From assembly GCA_002071685.1 (NCBI GenBank), contig MWBO01000031.1, forward strand, positions 702 to 64,701: a stretch of DNA of 64,000 nt, written 5' to 3'. This document shows positions 18,764-27,165 of the stretch, piece after piece (position 1 is the stretch's first letter; the number at the start of each line of letters is the position of its first letter). The translations under genes were made by a program, and so were the position numbers. The notes below the pieces were generated by a model. That model searched no databases. It had not been told where the DNA came from and worked only from the letters and a program-made list of their open reading frames with translations. The stretch comes from a candidate division WS2 bacterium ADurb.Bin280. Its GTDB lineage: Bacteria; Patescibacteriota; UBA1384; DTJR01.

Positions 18764-19708
18764 TTAAATTGCCAAAACAAGTTCCTTTAATCCTTCCGCA
18801 TCTTCAATTTTACCACTCTTGATGCGCTCATCAACCAGAATAATTTTGTTATAGATATGAGATAAATTTTCCCAAGAAAACGCTTGAGCAAAATTTCTAT
18901 TTTTACTAACAACAAAGGGCTTCAAATTACAGATTTTGGCGATTTTGTAATTATCCATCTTTTGATCCTGTTCGATAGCATCTTTAATTTGAGCGATGGC
19001 CCTGAAAGAAAAAATTATTGCGCCAAGTACTTTTAGGGGCACTTCGCCTGATTCGATTATGTCCTTGACCAATTTTGCGGAAGATTTCTTATTTCTTTTT
19101 AGCAAAGAGTCGGTGAGGGCAAAAACATTCGCACTTATTTCACTTGAAACCATCTGCATGACGTCGTCGAGTTCAATTTTTTCTTTGACATATAGGGATA
19201 ATTTATCAATCTCGTTGACCAAGCGCCACAAATCTCTACCGGCAATCTCTATCATTTTACTTCGAGCAGCCGCACTTATAGCGACACCATTTTCGCGACA
19301 GCGCAAATCAATAAAACTTTCCAGCGCCCTTCCCTCGAGATTTTTAAATTCCTGAAATCTCTTTTTATCTTTTGTAAGCGCCTTAAAAATAGCTGTTCTG
19401 CGATCAATTGGCCCTACTTGATAAAAAACTACCACCGTTGAGGGAGGGATTCGGCCAAGAAGCGATGCAACCCCTTCGGTGGTTTGCTTATTTTTATTTG
19501 AAACAATATTTCTGACAAGAATGAGTCTGGTGGTTGCAAGAAGGGGCACCGCCTGAATATTTGCCGAAAGCTCTGATAATTCTGCCTGCTCTCCATCGAT
19601 TTTGGTCAGGTCAAAATCTGAAGCAGAACTTTTTTTATATCTTTGCTCAAGTTCGCTTATTTTTTCACGAATGAGATAATCATTTTCACCAAAGAAAAAT
19701 AAATACAT
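18764..19708 (-). CDS. holA: DNA polymerase III delta subunit
   Basis: N-terminal YLFFGENDYLIREKI pattern and matching size; sits adjacent to a replication/repair exonuclease. Confidence 0.6.
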   Translation of the reverse strand: MYLFFFGENDYLIREKISELEQRYKKSSASDFDLTKIDGEQAELSELSANIQAVPLLATTRLILVRNIVSNKNKQTTEGVASLLGRIPPSTVVVFYQVGPIDRRTAIFKALTKDKKRFQEFKNLEGRALESFIDLRCRENGVAISAAARSKMIEIAGRDLWRLVNEIDKLSLYVKEKIELDDVMQMVSSEISANVFALTDSLLKRNKKSSAKLVKDIIESGEVPLKVLGAIIFSFRAIAQIKDAIEQDQKMDNYKIAKICNLKPFVVSKNRNFAQAFSWENLSHIYNKIILVDERIKSGKIEDAEGLKELVLAI

Positions 19709-19710
19709 TT

Positions 19711-20634
19711 TTAAAACAAACTCTCCTGCGTAGTGATTCCTCTGTCGCTTTGCGGCAATCGCTTAATTAATGATTTAAATCTATATTTTTGTAAAAAATC
19801 AATTACCTTAGCTCTGTCAAAATCGTGGGTTTTTGCTCTGGCGATGGGAAAATCAAGCTCGACATCTGTCTTAATGGTTGCCAAAAGATAAGACATAAAA
19901 GCATCTTGTTTGCCGTTTAGCAATTTCTGATAAACGGAGTTCTTAAATTTTTCTTCAAACGACTGCTTGTCCTCAAGCGCTTCGTATATTCCCTTTAGCG
20001 ATCCATAGTTTTTCAAGAGCGCTTTGGCAGTAATTTCGCCAATTCCTGCAACTCCGGGAATATTGTCAGAGCTATCTCCAGAAAGTGCTTTATAATCAAT
20101 AATCGTTTCAGGGGGAAAGCCGAACTTGCCCAAGACAGCTGTTTCGTCATAGACCATTTCTTTAATTTTTCCCATGGCGCTCATCGCCACCTTAGTTCTT
20201 TGATCGACCAACTGAAGAGCGTCTTGATCACCCGTCACAATGATAATTTCGCCCTCCTTAAAATCACCGTTAACTTTTTTGACAATTGTTCCAATCAAAT
20301 CGTCCGCTTCGTATCCTTCCTTAGATAAAAGAGGGATGCTCATTTTATCTACAAATTCCCAAACATCGGGTATCTGGTCATAAAATTCTTGAGGAGGTTT
20401 GATGCGTTTGGCTTTATACTGTTTGAAAATTTCATCTCTAAAGGTGGGTCCCTTAACATCAAAAGCTACCGCCAGATGGGTCGGTTTGAACTTTTCGATC
20501 GTGGAAAAAAGAGTCGAGATAAATCCATAGATCGCGTTGACCAAGCGTCCCTCCACCTCAAAGCGAGGAGTAGCATGATATGAACGATGTAAAACCGCAT
20601 TTCCATCTATCAGAACGAGAAGCATTTTTTCCAT
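19711..20634 (-). CDS. stand-alone 5'-3' exonuclease (PolI N-terminal/FEN-like)
   Basis: LLVLIDGNAVLHRSYHA, acidic clusters and an H3TH region (SDNIPGVAGIGEITA). There is no polymerase domain. Confidence 0.85.
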   Translation of the reverse strand: MEKMLLVLIDGNAVLHRSYHATPRFEVEGRLVNAIYGFISTLFSTIEKFKPTHLAVAFDVKGPTFRDEIFKQYKAKRIKPPQEFYDQIPDVWEFVDKMSIPLLSKEGYEADDLIGTIVKKVNGDFKEGEIIIVTGDQDALQLVDQRTKVAMSAMGKIKEMVYDETAVLGKFGFPPETIIDYKALSGDSSDNIPGVAGIGEITAKALLKNYGSLKGIYEALEDKQSFEEKFKNSVYQKLLNGKQDAFMSYLLATIKTDVELDFPIARAKTHDFDRAKVIDFLQKYRFKSLIKRLPQSDRGITTQESLF

Positions 20635-20682
20635 GAAACAATTCTAGCTCACTTGAGTACAATTTCAAACTCTTCAAGACTG

Positions 20683-22932
20683 CTAGCGCAATTTGGCGCC
20701 AAAGGATTCTGCCAGAGCCGACGTAATTTTACTCATCTGCTCTTGGGCTTCTTGATCAGAAAGGGTTTTGCTTTCATCTTCCAAATAGATGTGGTATGCA
20801 ATCGACTTTACATTTTCACCCAAAGACGGTGCGCTAAACTCGTCAAAAAGCTCCACCAAAACCGCCTTTTCGGACGACTCTTTGATTTTTTCTAAAATTT
20901 GTTCGTTTTCTATTTCCTTTGCTACAATTATCGCTAAATCCCTCTTGATGGGCGGATATTTTGAGATCGGCCGATAAGACGTATTTATCGGCTTTGATAG
21001 CTTGGATTGGTCTTCAAATTCGATCTGGGGCAAATATTTGTCCAAATCAATTTGAGCTACGCTGACGCGAGGTTTTTTAATCTTAAAAGCGGACAACTCA
21101 TCGGCACTCAAATCTCTTGATTCAAATGCACTTTGGTCAATATTGAGCTTTTGACAAAGTTTCTTTATTACATTTTCTAAATTTTGCGCAGACTTTCCCG
21201 AGCAGGCAATCGCCAAAGAGTTTCTCTCTGTTTGTTTATCAAAAATCTTACCAATTTCGAAAATTTCAATGTCGTCAAAAATTGGATTTGAGGCAATAAC
21301 TTTCAATAAACCTGCGACAAGTGAATTTCTTAAATAACGGTTCTCTTCTTGGATGGGATTAGAAACTTCAACAAGTCCCTCGACATCAAGCTTTGCTACT
21401 TGGGCCTCTTTTTGAGAAAGAAAAGTATAGTTTATTGTTTCATCAAAACCCATCTCAACCAGTGCGTCTTTTATTTTCTCCTTTTTGAAATAATCCGAAG
21501 AAGTGCTTTTTGAAGTAACCTCAATCTGATTTTCGCCAATTTTTTCAAGTGAATAAAATCTCCCGACTTCTTCACTGAGATCCTGCCACAAGCTGACATC
21601 ATTTCTCCAGAGAGGGACCCAAACATCGTCTCCGGCAATCTCAAAACCCAAAGCGGTCAAAATCTTTTCCATTTCGCTTTTGTCAATTTTGGTTCCAAGT
21701 AGAGCATTTATTTTTTTACTTTCGAGTTTAATTTTTTTTCTTTGCTTTACTTCGCCGGCTTTAACGACACCCTCAAGAATTTTTGCTCCAGAAAGTTCTG
21801 CTATCATTAAAGCCGCTTTATCGAGAGCATATCGGACAGACCCTTCGTCAACGCCTCGCTCAAATCGATAGCTTGCTTCGGTTTGAATTCCCAAGAGTCG
21901 GCGCGTTTTTCTAATCGATTTTGGATCAAAAACAGCCGCTTCTAGAACAATATCAACAGTATCTTGATCGATCTGACTGTTTAAAAGCCCCATTACACCA
22001 GCAATGGCAACCGGTTTTTGACCATCGCCAATCACAACCATCTCATCTGTGAGAGCTCTTGCCACGCCGTCAAGAGTAACCACTTCGCAATTTTCCTGCA
22101 GTTGCTCAATCACAATTTTGGAGGCGACAAGCTTGTTTTTGTCAAAGGCGTGAAGAGGATGTCCCAAATCAAGCATGACGTAATTCGTCACATCAACAAT
22201 ATTGTTTATCGGCTTGGCGCCAAGCTTCTCTAATCGATCACAAAGCCATTTGGGAGATGGCGCAACTTTTACATCCTTAATCACCCTTGCAAGATAAAGC
22301 GGACAAAGCTTAGTTTTAAGATCGATCGAGATGGCATCTTGGGCGCTCTCTTCGCTTTCCTCTAAAACTATTTCTTCCTTCTGTAAATCTTCTCCTTTAT
22401 TTGCTGAAAGTTCGCGTGACAAACCAAAATGAGAGAGAAGATCTCCGCGATTTGGAGTTATTTCAAGATCAAGTACCACATCTCCCATTAGAAACTCTCT
22501 GACACTTTTTCCCACTACGCAAGAATCATCAAGTATGCAGACACCCCTGTGATCCTTGGAGATTCCCAGTTCCCTTGGCGAGAGTAACATTCCAGTTGAT
22601 TTGACGCCCCGAATTTCCGCCTCTTCAATCTCAAAATCGAGTACTCTGCTCCCCACTCTAGCCATCGGCACGATTTGACCCACTTCGATATTTGGCGCTC
22701 CGCAAACAAGCCGCACCTCCTTCTCGCCGTCAAAAACTGTCGCTAACTGAAGGCGGTCGGCATTGGGGTGTGGTTCAATTTTGATAATTTTTACTGCGAC
22801 AATCTTTTCGTCAATTGTTGCTCCGGAAATACTTTCAACTTCGGAACCAAGAGCAGTCAAAACTTCGGCAATTTGCGAAACATCCTCGCTGGTTTTGTAA
22901 TAATCCTTGAGCCAAGATACTAAATATTTCAT
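20683..22932 (-). CDS. pheT: phenylalanine--tRNA ligase beta subunit
   Basis: N-terminal tRNA-binding domain (HPNADRLQLATV), B3/4 and B5 regions and a C-terminal anticodon-binding-like domain. Directly follows pheS. Confidence 0.9.
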   Translation of the reverse strand: MKYLVSWLKDYYKTSEDVSQIAEVLTALGSEVESISGATIDEKIVAVKIIKIEPHPNADRLQLATVFDGEKEVRLVCGAPNIEVGQIVPMARVGSRVLDFEIEEAEIRGVKSTGMLLSPRELGISKDHRGVCILDDSCVVGKSVREFLMGDVVLDLEITPNRGDLLSHFGLSRELSANKGEDLQKEEIVLEESEESAQDAISIDLKTKLCPLYLARVIKDVKVAPSPKWLCDRLEKLGAKPINNIVDVTNYVMLDLGHPLHAFDKNKLVASKIVIEQLQENCEVVTLDGVARALTDEMVVIGDGQKPVAIAGVMGLLNSQIDQDTVDIVLEAAVFDPKSIRKTRRLLGIQTEASYRFERGVDEGSVRYALDKAALMIAELSGAKILEGVVKAGEVKQRKKIKLESKKINALLGTKIDKSEMEKILTALGFEIAGDDVWVPLWRNDVSLWQDLSEEVGRFYSLEKIGENQIEVTSKSTSSDYFKKEKIKDALVEMGFDETINYTFLSQKEAQVAKLDVEGLVEVSNPIQEENRYLRNSLVAGLLKVIASNPIFDDIEIFEIGKIFDKQTERNSLAIACSGKSAQNLENVIKKLCQKLNIDQSAFESRDLSADELSAFKIKKPRVSVAQIDLDKYLPQIEFEDQSKLSKPINTSYRPISKYPPIKRDLAIIVAKEIENEQILEKIKESSEKAVLVELFDEFSAPSLGENVKSIAYHIYLEDESKTLSDQEAQEQMSKITSALAESFGAKLR

Positions 22933-23613
22933 TTAAAATTGCCTTAAAAATCTTAAGTCCCCCTGCCAGAGCTGTCTGATATCCTTAATGCCGTGTTTTT
23001 GTAGCACCAAGCGATCAAGTCCAAGGCCGAAGGCAAATCCACTGTAATCTTGCGAACTCAAACCCATGTTTTTTAAGACTTGCGGGTGGACCATGCCCGA
23101 CCCAAGTACCTCGAGCCACTTACCATCTTTTAAAATATCAACATCAAACCCCGGCTCAACAAAAGGATAATGGTGTGGTCGGAAACGATACTTCACGTCA
23201 TCACCGTACAATTTTTTTAAAATCATTTTGAGTGTCCAAAAAAGATTGGCCACAGTGACGTTTTTGTCGATATACAAACCCTCGAGCTGGAAAAATGTCG
23301 TTTCATGACGATCATCGGTTGCCTCATTTCTATAACATTTACCAGGAACAATGATCTTAATTGGAGGTTTAGTATTTTTGGCCGCCCTAATTTGACAATT
23401 TGAAGTGTGTGTCCTAAGAAGTCTGCCGTCCTTGAGATAAAAGGTATCTTGAACATCTCTGGCAGGATGGTCTTCGGGAACATTGAGGGCATCAAAATTG
23501 TGCCATTCGTCATCCACCTCTGGTCCCTCAAAAACCGAAAAACCCAGGTCTTTAAAAAAATCAACCAGCTCTCTCGTTGCTAAAGTCGAAGGATGCAGGT
23601 GTCCTCTTTTCAT
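22933..23613 (-). CDS. pheS: phenylalanine--tRNA ligase alpha subunit, catalytic core only (226 aa)
   Basis: HPSTLATRELVDFF, NFDALNVPEDHPARDVQDTFYL and class II motifs. The ATG overlaps the FemAB stop (ATGA). Confidence 0.85.
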   Translation of the reverse strand: MKRGHLHPSTLATRELVDFFKDLGFSVFEGPEVDDEWHNFDALNVPEDHPARDVQDTFYLKDGRLLRTHTSNCQIRAAKNTKPPIKIIVPGKCYRNEATDDRHETTFFQLEGLYIDKNVTVANLFWTLKMILKKLYGDDVKYRFRPHHYPFVEPGFDVDILKDGKWLEVLGSGMVHPQVLKNMGLSSQDYSGFAFGLGLDRLVLQKHGIKDIRQLWQGDLRFLRQF

Positions 23614-24566
23614 GCCTCGCTCCTTCTTCTTTTCTCAATCAGTTTAAAAACCTGATAAGCAAATTTACTGTTGATAAAATCATAGCTTCCAAGGATCTCA
23701 ACCGCCTGACCACCGAACTGCTCTTTAAACCTAGTGATCCCCGCCCACTTGGAGCCCGGATTATCAGGGGCACTTCTTCCTATCAGATCATAAAGCTTTG
23801 CGCCCTCTTCTTTTGCATCTACTATTATTTGCCAGTGCATCAAATATGGTGCCATCACTTCTCTGTTTTGGCTGGAGGACCCGCCGTAAAGATAACTAGC
23901 GACGCCATCATACATTGAAATCAAGGCAGCTGACAGGGGCTTGTTTTCGAAATAGGCAATGTAAACCCACAAGTACTCGGTTTGCTCAAAAGATTTCGCC
24001 ATTTCCACAAAGTACTCGCGCGATCTCCCGCCGATCCCTTCGCGCTTGACCGTCTGATTATAAATTTCAAAAAACTGGTCAAGGACAATTTTCTCTTTCT
24101 CACCAAATTCCTTGAGAGAAACTCTTTTTATTTGAACGCCTTTCCTTTGAGCTAATTTGACATTGTAACGCCCTTTTTGTTTCATTTGTGAAAGAATTGT
24201 CCCTCTGGTAGGTGTAAGATCAACAATTTGTCGCCATTTCGGCTGAACCTGTTCAAAAGACTTTTTAAAACCCATCGAGAGCAAAATTTTGTTTGCATTA
24301 TCACCATAACGATCAATTAATTCGAGTCGCAAAAAAATCGAATTATGCTGCTTGGCCATAGACTTCAATTGCTCTACTTGATTACCGCTTATCTGCGAAG
24401 AAGAGACTTCGGGAACATACAGAAAATTTTTTCCAAAAGGAAGCTGTTTTTTGTGAACAAAAAGATTGTCGGAAGAAATAATTTCAAATCCGAAGCTTTT
24501 TTTGAAATCCGCCCACTGTTTTGTTTGTAGAATTGAACCCATATTACTTATGTTAAATCTTATCAC
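23610..24566 (-). CDS. FemAB-family peptidoglycan aminoacyl-transferase
   Basis: Size and general FemX/MurM-like sequence pattern (paired acyltransferase-like halves). Confidence 0.65.
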   Translation of the reverse strand: MIRFNISNMGSILQTKQWADFKKSFGFEIISSDNLFVHKKQLPFGKNFLYVPEVSSSQISGNQVEQLKSMAKQHNSIFLRLELIDRYGDNANKILLSMGFKKSFEQVQPKWRQIVDLTPTRGTILSQMKQKGRYNVKLAQRKGVQIKRVSLKEFGEKEKIVLDQFFEIYNQTVKREGIGGRSREYFVEMAKSFEQTEYLWVYIAYFENKPLSAALISMYDGVASYLYGGSSSQNREVMAPYLMHWQIIVDAKEEGAKLYDLIGRSAPDNPGSKWAGITRFKEQFGGQAVEILGSYDFINSKFAYQVFKLIEKRRRSEA

Positions 24567-24596
24567 AAACAGGTAAAAATTACAGTATCGCCCTTC

Positions 24597-24625
24597 AATA
24601 TATTAAAACATCGTTTAAATATCAA
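24597..24625 (-). promoter_or_regulatory. candidate promoter of the femAB-pheST operon
   Basis: On the minus strand: TTGATA (24625-24620), 17-nt spacer, TATATT (24602-24597). Confidence 0.4.
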
Positions 24626-24640
24626 GACGGGGTTAAGTTG

Positions 24641-24707
24641 AGGCAAAAGCTAAACGGCTCATACGAGTGAGCCGTTTAAATACCACGGCCCCGGGTTTAC
24701 CGGGGCC
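24641..24707 (-). terminator. tandem hairpins terminating island C ORF
   Basis: First hairpin: GGCCCCGG-GTTTA-CCGGGGCC (24687-24707). Second hairpin: AAACGGCTCA-6 nt-TGAGCCGTTT (24652-24677), followed on the minus strand by AGCTTTTGCC. Confidence 0.55.
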
Positions 24708-24732
24708 TGAAGAGATGTACAAAGCCGAGGGT

Positions 24733-25173
24733 TCACGGGGCTTCGAAGACCTCCAGCACCCGAGCGTTGGAGAGCTCGAAGCCAAATCCGCCTCCGCTCT
24801 CGATCGAGCTCGAGAGAGCCTCCCCGAACAACCAGAGACGATCAGCGTGGCGGAGCTGGACAGGACGGATGGCAAACGACTGTCGCCCGACCGGTAAAAC
24901 CCGACAGGGCATCTTGAGGTAGCCATCCTGCTCGAACTTCCGCCTCTCCCGATCTCCGCTCAGGGTGAGCGGAAAGTAAGGAATAACTGCCCGAGCATCA
25001 CCCAAACGAAAGTGCAGATCGTAACGTCCCGAATCGACCATCCGGTCCGCACAGATGATAACAGTGGTGCTGGTGGGGCTGGCAAGAACGGCGCGCACTG
25101 ACAAGACGTCCGCCTCCTCGCCGTTTGATACACCGACGACGAGCAGGCACAGCACGACACAAATCGCCTTCAT
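24733..25173 (-). CDS. hypothetical secreted protein, GC-rich island C
   Basis: ATG 25173 has GGAG 8 nt upstream. The N-terminus MKAICVVLCLLVVGVSNG looks like a signal peptide. No family recognised. Confidence 0.5.
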   Translation of the reverse strand: MKAICVVLCLLVVGVSNGEEADVLSVRAVLASPTSTTVIICADRMVDSGRYDLHFRLGDARAVIPYFPLTLSGDRERRKFEQDGYLKMPCRVLPVGRQSFAIRPVQLRHADRLWLFGEALSSSIESGGGFGFELSNARVLEVFEAP

Positions 25174-25214
25174 GGGCCTGACTCCAAGTTTATTGAACGC
25201 CAAACGCTATGGCG

Positions 25215-25242
25215 ATTATACCCTTTTGACTTTCAAAATCAA
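25215..25242 (-). promoter_or_regulatory. candidate promoter of island C ORF
   Basis: On the minus strand: TTGATT (25242-25237), 16-nt spacer, TATAAT (25220-25215). Confidence 0.45.
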
Positions 25243-25265
25243 TCATTTTGCGCTAGAATGTCTTG

Positions 25266-26297
25266 ATGAACAAAAACAAAAAAATATTAGCAATCGAAAC
25301 CTCCTGTGATGAAACGGCCATGGCCGTTCTTGATTTGCATGAAACCGACGTTGCTTATGACTTCGAAATTCTCTCGAATGTTGTCGCCAGCCAAATCGAT
25401 CTGCATAAAAAATGGGGTGGAGTTTACCCCGAACTTGCTTCGAGAGCTCACCTTGAAGCAATAATCCCCGTCCTCGAGGAAGCCCTCGAGCCAATTGGAG
25501 GGTTGTCAAACTTTTCAAGAGAAATCGACGAAATCGCCGTCACCAAGGAGCCGGGGCTGATTGGCTCTCTGCTAATGGGAATAGAGACAGCGGAGCTTCT
25601 GGGAGCATTTTATAAAAAGAGTGTTGTCGAGGTCAATCATCTTGAAGGCCACATATACAGCGCTTTTTGCAATCAAGATAGAAGACAGTTTTCAATAAAG
25701 AAAAGCGATATTTTCCCGATATTGGCCTTGGTCGTTTCGGGCGGACATACTTCCCTTATCTTGATGAAGGAGCACCTCAAATATCAAACGATTGGCCAGA
25801 CTATTGACGATGCCGCCGGTGAAGCTTTTGACAAAGTTGCCAGAATAATGAATCTTGGCTACCCTGGAGGACCGGTGATTGAAAAAATTGCTCAAAGCGG
25901 AGATGAAAAAGCATACGAGCTTCCCCAAGGATTAAAAAATAGCCGAGATCTAAATTTCTCTTTTTCCGGCCTCAAAACATCGGTTCTATACAAAACAAAA
26001 GACATAAAAACCGGTCAAGAAAAGACACACAACAAAGCCGACATGGCTGCTTCGTTTCAAAAAGCGGTCGCCGATATTCTGATTAAAAAAACGCTCGCCG
26101 CCAAGAAAAAATACAATCCCAAGACAATCATCCTTGGCGGAGGCGTCAGTGCTAATGGATATTTGAGGAATAATTTTAGAGATAAGATATCCACATCGTC
26201 TTCTAGTCAATCCGGAGAAACGCAAATCCTAATCCCCCCGCGCAATCTATCAACCGACAACGCGGTTGGGATAGCAATCGCAGGAGCGATAAAATAA
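25266..26297 (+). CDS. tsaD: tRNA N6-adenosine threonylcarbamoyltransferase
   Basis: ILAIETSCDETA N-terminus and a Kae1/Gcp-like pattern throughout. TTG 25263 is an alternative start. Confidence 0.9.
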   Translation: MNKNKKILAIETSCDETAMAVLDLHETDVAYDFEILSNVVASQIDLHKKWGGVYPELASRAHLEAIIPVLEEALEPIGGLSNFSREIDEIAVTKEPGLIGSLLMGIETAELLGAFYKKSVVEVNHLEGHIYSAFCNQDRRQFSIKKSDIFPILALVVSGGHTSLILMKEHLKYQTIGQTIDDAAGEAFDKVARIMNLGYPGGPVIEKIAQSGDEKAYELPQGLKNSRDLNFSFSGLKTSVLYKTKDIKTGQEKTHNKADMAASFQKAVADILIKKTLAAKKKYNPKTIILGGGVSANGYLRNNFRDKISTSSSSQSGETQILIPPRNLSTDNAVGIAIAGAIK

Positions 26298-26307
26298 AAT
26301 CAGTAAC

Positions 26308-27165
26308 TCATCTCAACATCGCCTCGATATTACGTCCCGAAGAGATGCGATAGCGCGGAATCTCAAAAAGATTTTCCAAATCTATGACTCCAAGTGAAGA
26401 TTTAGTAGTGACTGCATATTTGTATTTGGCGTCTTTTACCACATCAATCGTCTGCTGGTTATATTTGCCGGCGGGATAACAGAAAGAGATCACAGGAGAC
26501 GAGGTGATTGCTTCCAGAGTTTCTTTGGATTTTATAAGTTCGTTTTTAAGACTCTCGCCTCGATATTTATCAAGCGAGGGATGGTTGACTGTATGAGAGC
26601 CTATCTCATTTCCCTTTGAAAAAATTTCCTTTACCTGATCTTGAGTCACATATTCGCTCTTACCAATTTTGCCGGTGATGATGAAAAAAGTACCGGTTGC
26701 TCCATATTTATTTAGTATTGGAAGGGCATAGTTATAATTATCGTCATAGCCATCGTCAAAAGTTGGCACGACGACTTTTTGGGGCAGTTGTTTTTGCAAA
26801 ATTGCTTCGTCCAATTTTGCAAAAGACATTATCTTGTAACCCTGTTCGCTCAAGTACTTGATCTGCTGTTCAAACTCTTGCTCTGAGACAGTCAACCCTT
26901 TCCTGATATCGTCCGCCTTATCGGGCAGGGGCCCAATGTGATGATACATGAAAACCTTGGCGTCAATTTCTTTTTTTATCTCTTGAAACTGATCGTTCTT
27001 TGCCTGAGGCGTTGCGGTAGCGGTGGCGGTTACCTGCGCCATCACCTCATCTTGCAGGACTGGCTCGCTTGCATCGATGGGCGGAAAAAGCAAAACTACT
27101 GCAACAAAAGCTGAAACAATCATTAAGACAGGTAAAAAAAACGAACTACTCTTGGCTACCCTCAT
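26308..27165 (-). CDS. polysaccharide deacetylase (NodB homology domain), membrane anchored
   Basis: TFDDGYDDNY and GSHTVNHPSL motifs. The start was moved to ATG 27165, which is preceded by AGAGGAGGGG. Confidence 0.8.
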   Translation of the reverse strand: MRVAKSSSFFLPVLMIVSAFVAVVLLFPPIDASEPVLQDEVMAQVTATATATPQAKNDQFQEIKKEIDAKVFMYHHIGPLPDKADDIRKGLTVSEQEFEQQIKYLSEQGYKIMSFAKLDEAILQKQLPQKVVVPTFDDGYDDNYNYALPILNKYGATGTFFIITGKIGKSEYVTQDQVKEIFSKGNEIGSHTVNHPSLDKYRGESLKNELIKSKETLEAITSSPVISFCYPAGKYNQQTIDVVKDAKYKYAVTTKSSLGVIDLENLFEIPRYRISSGRNIEAMLR

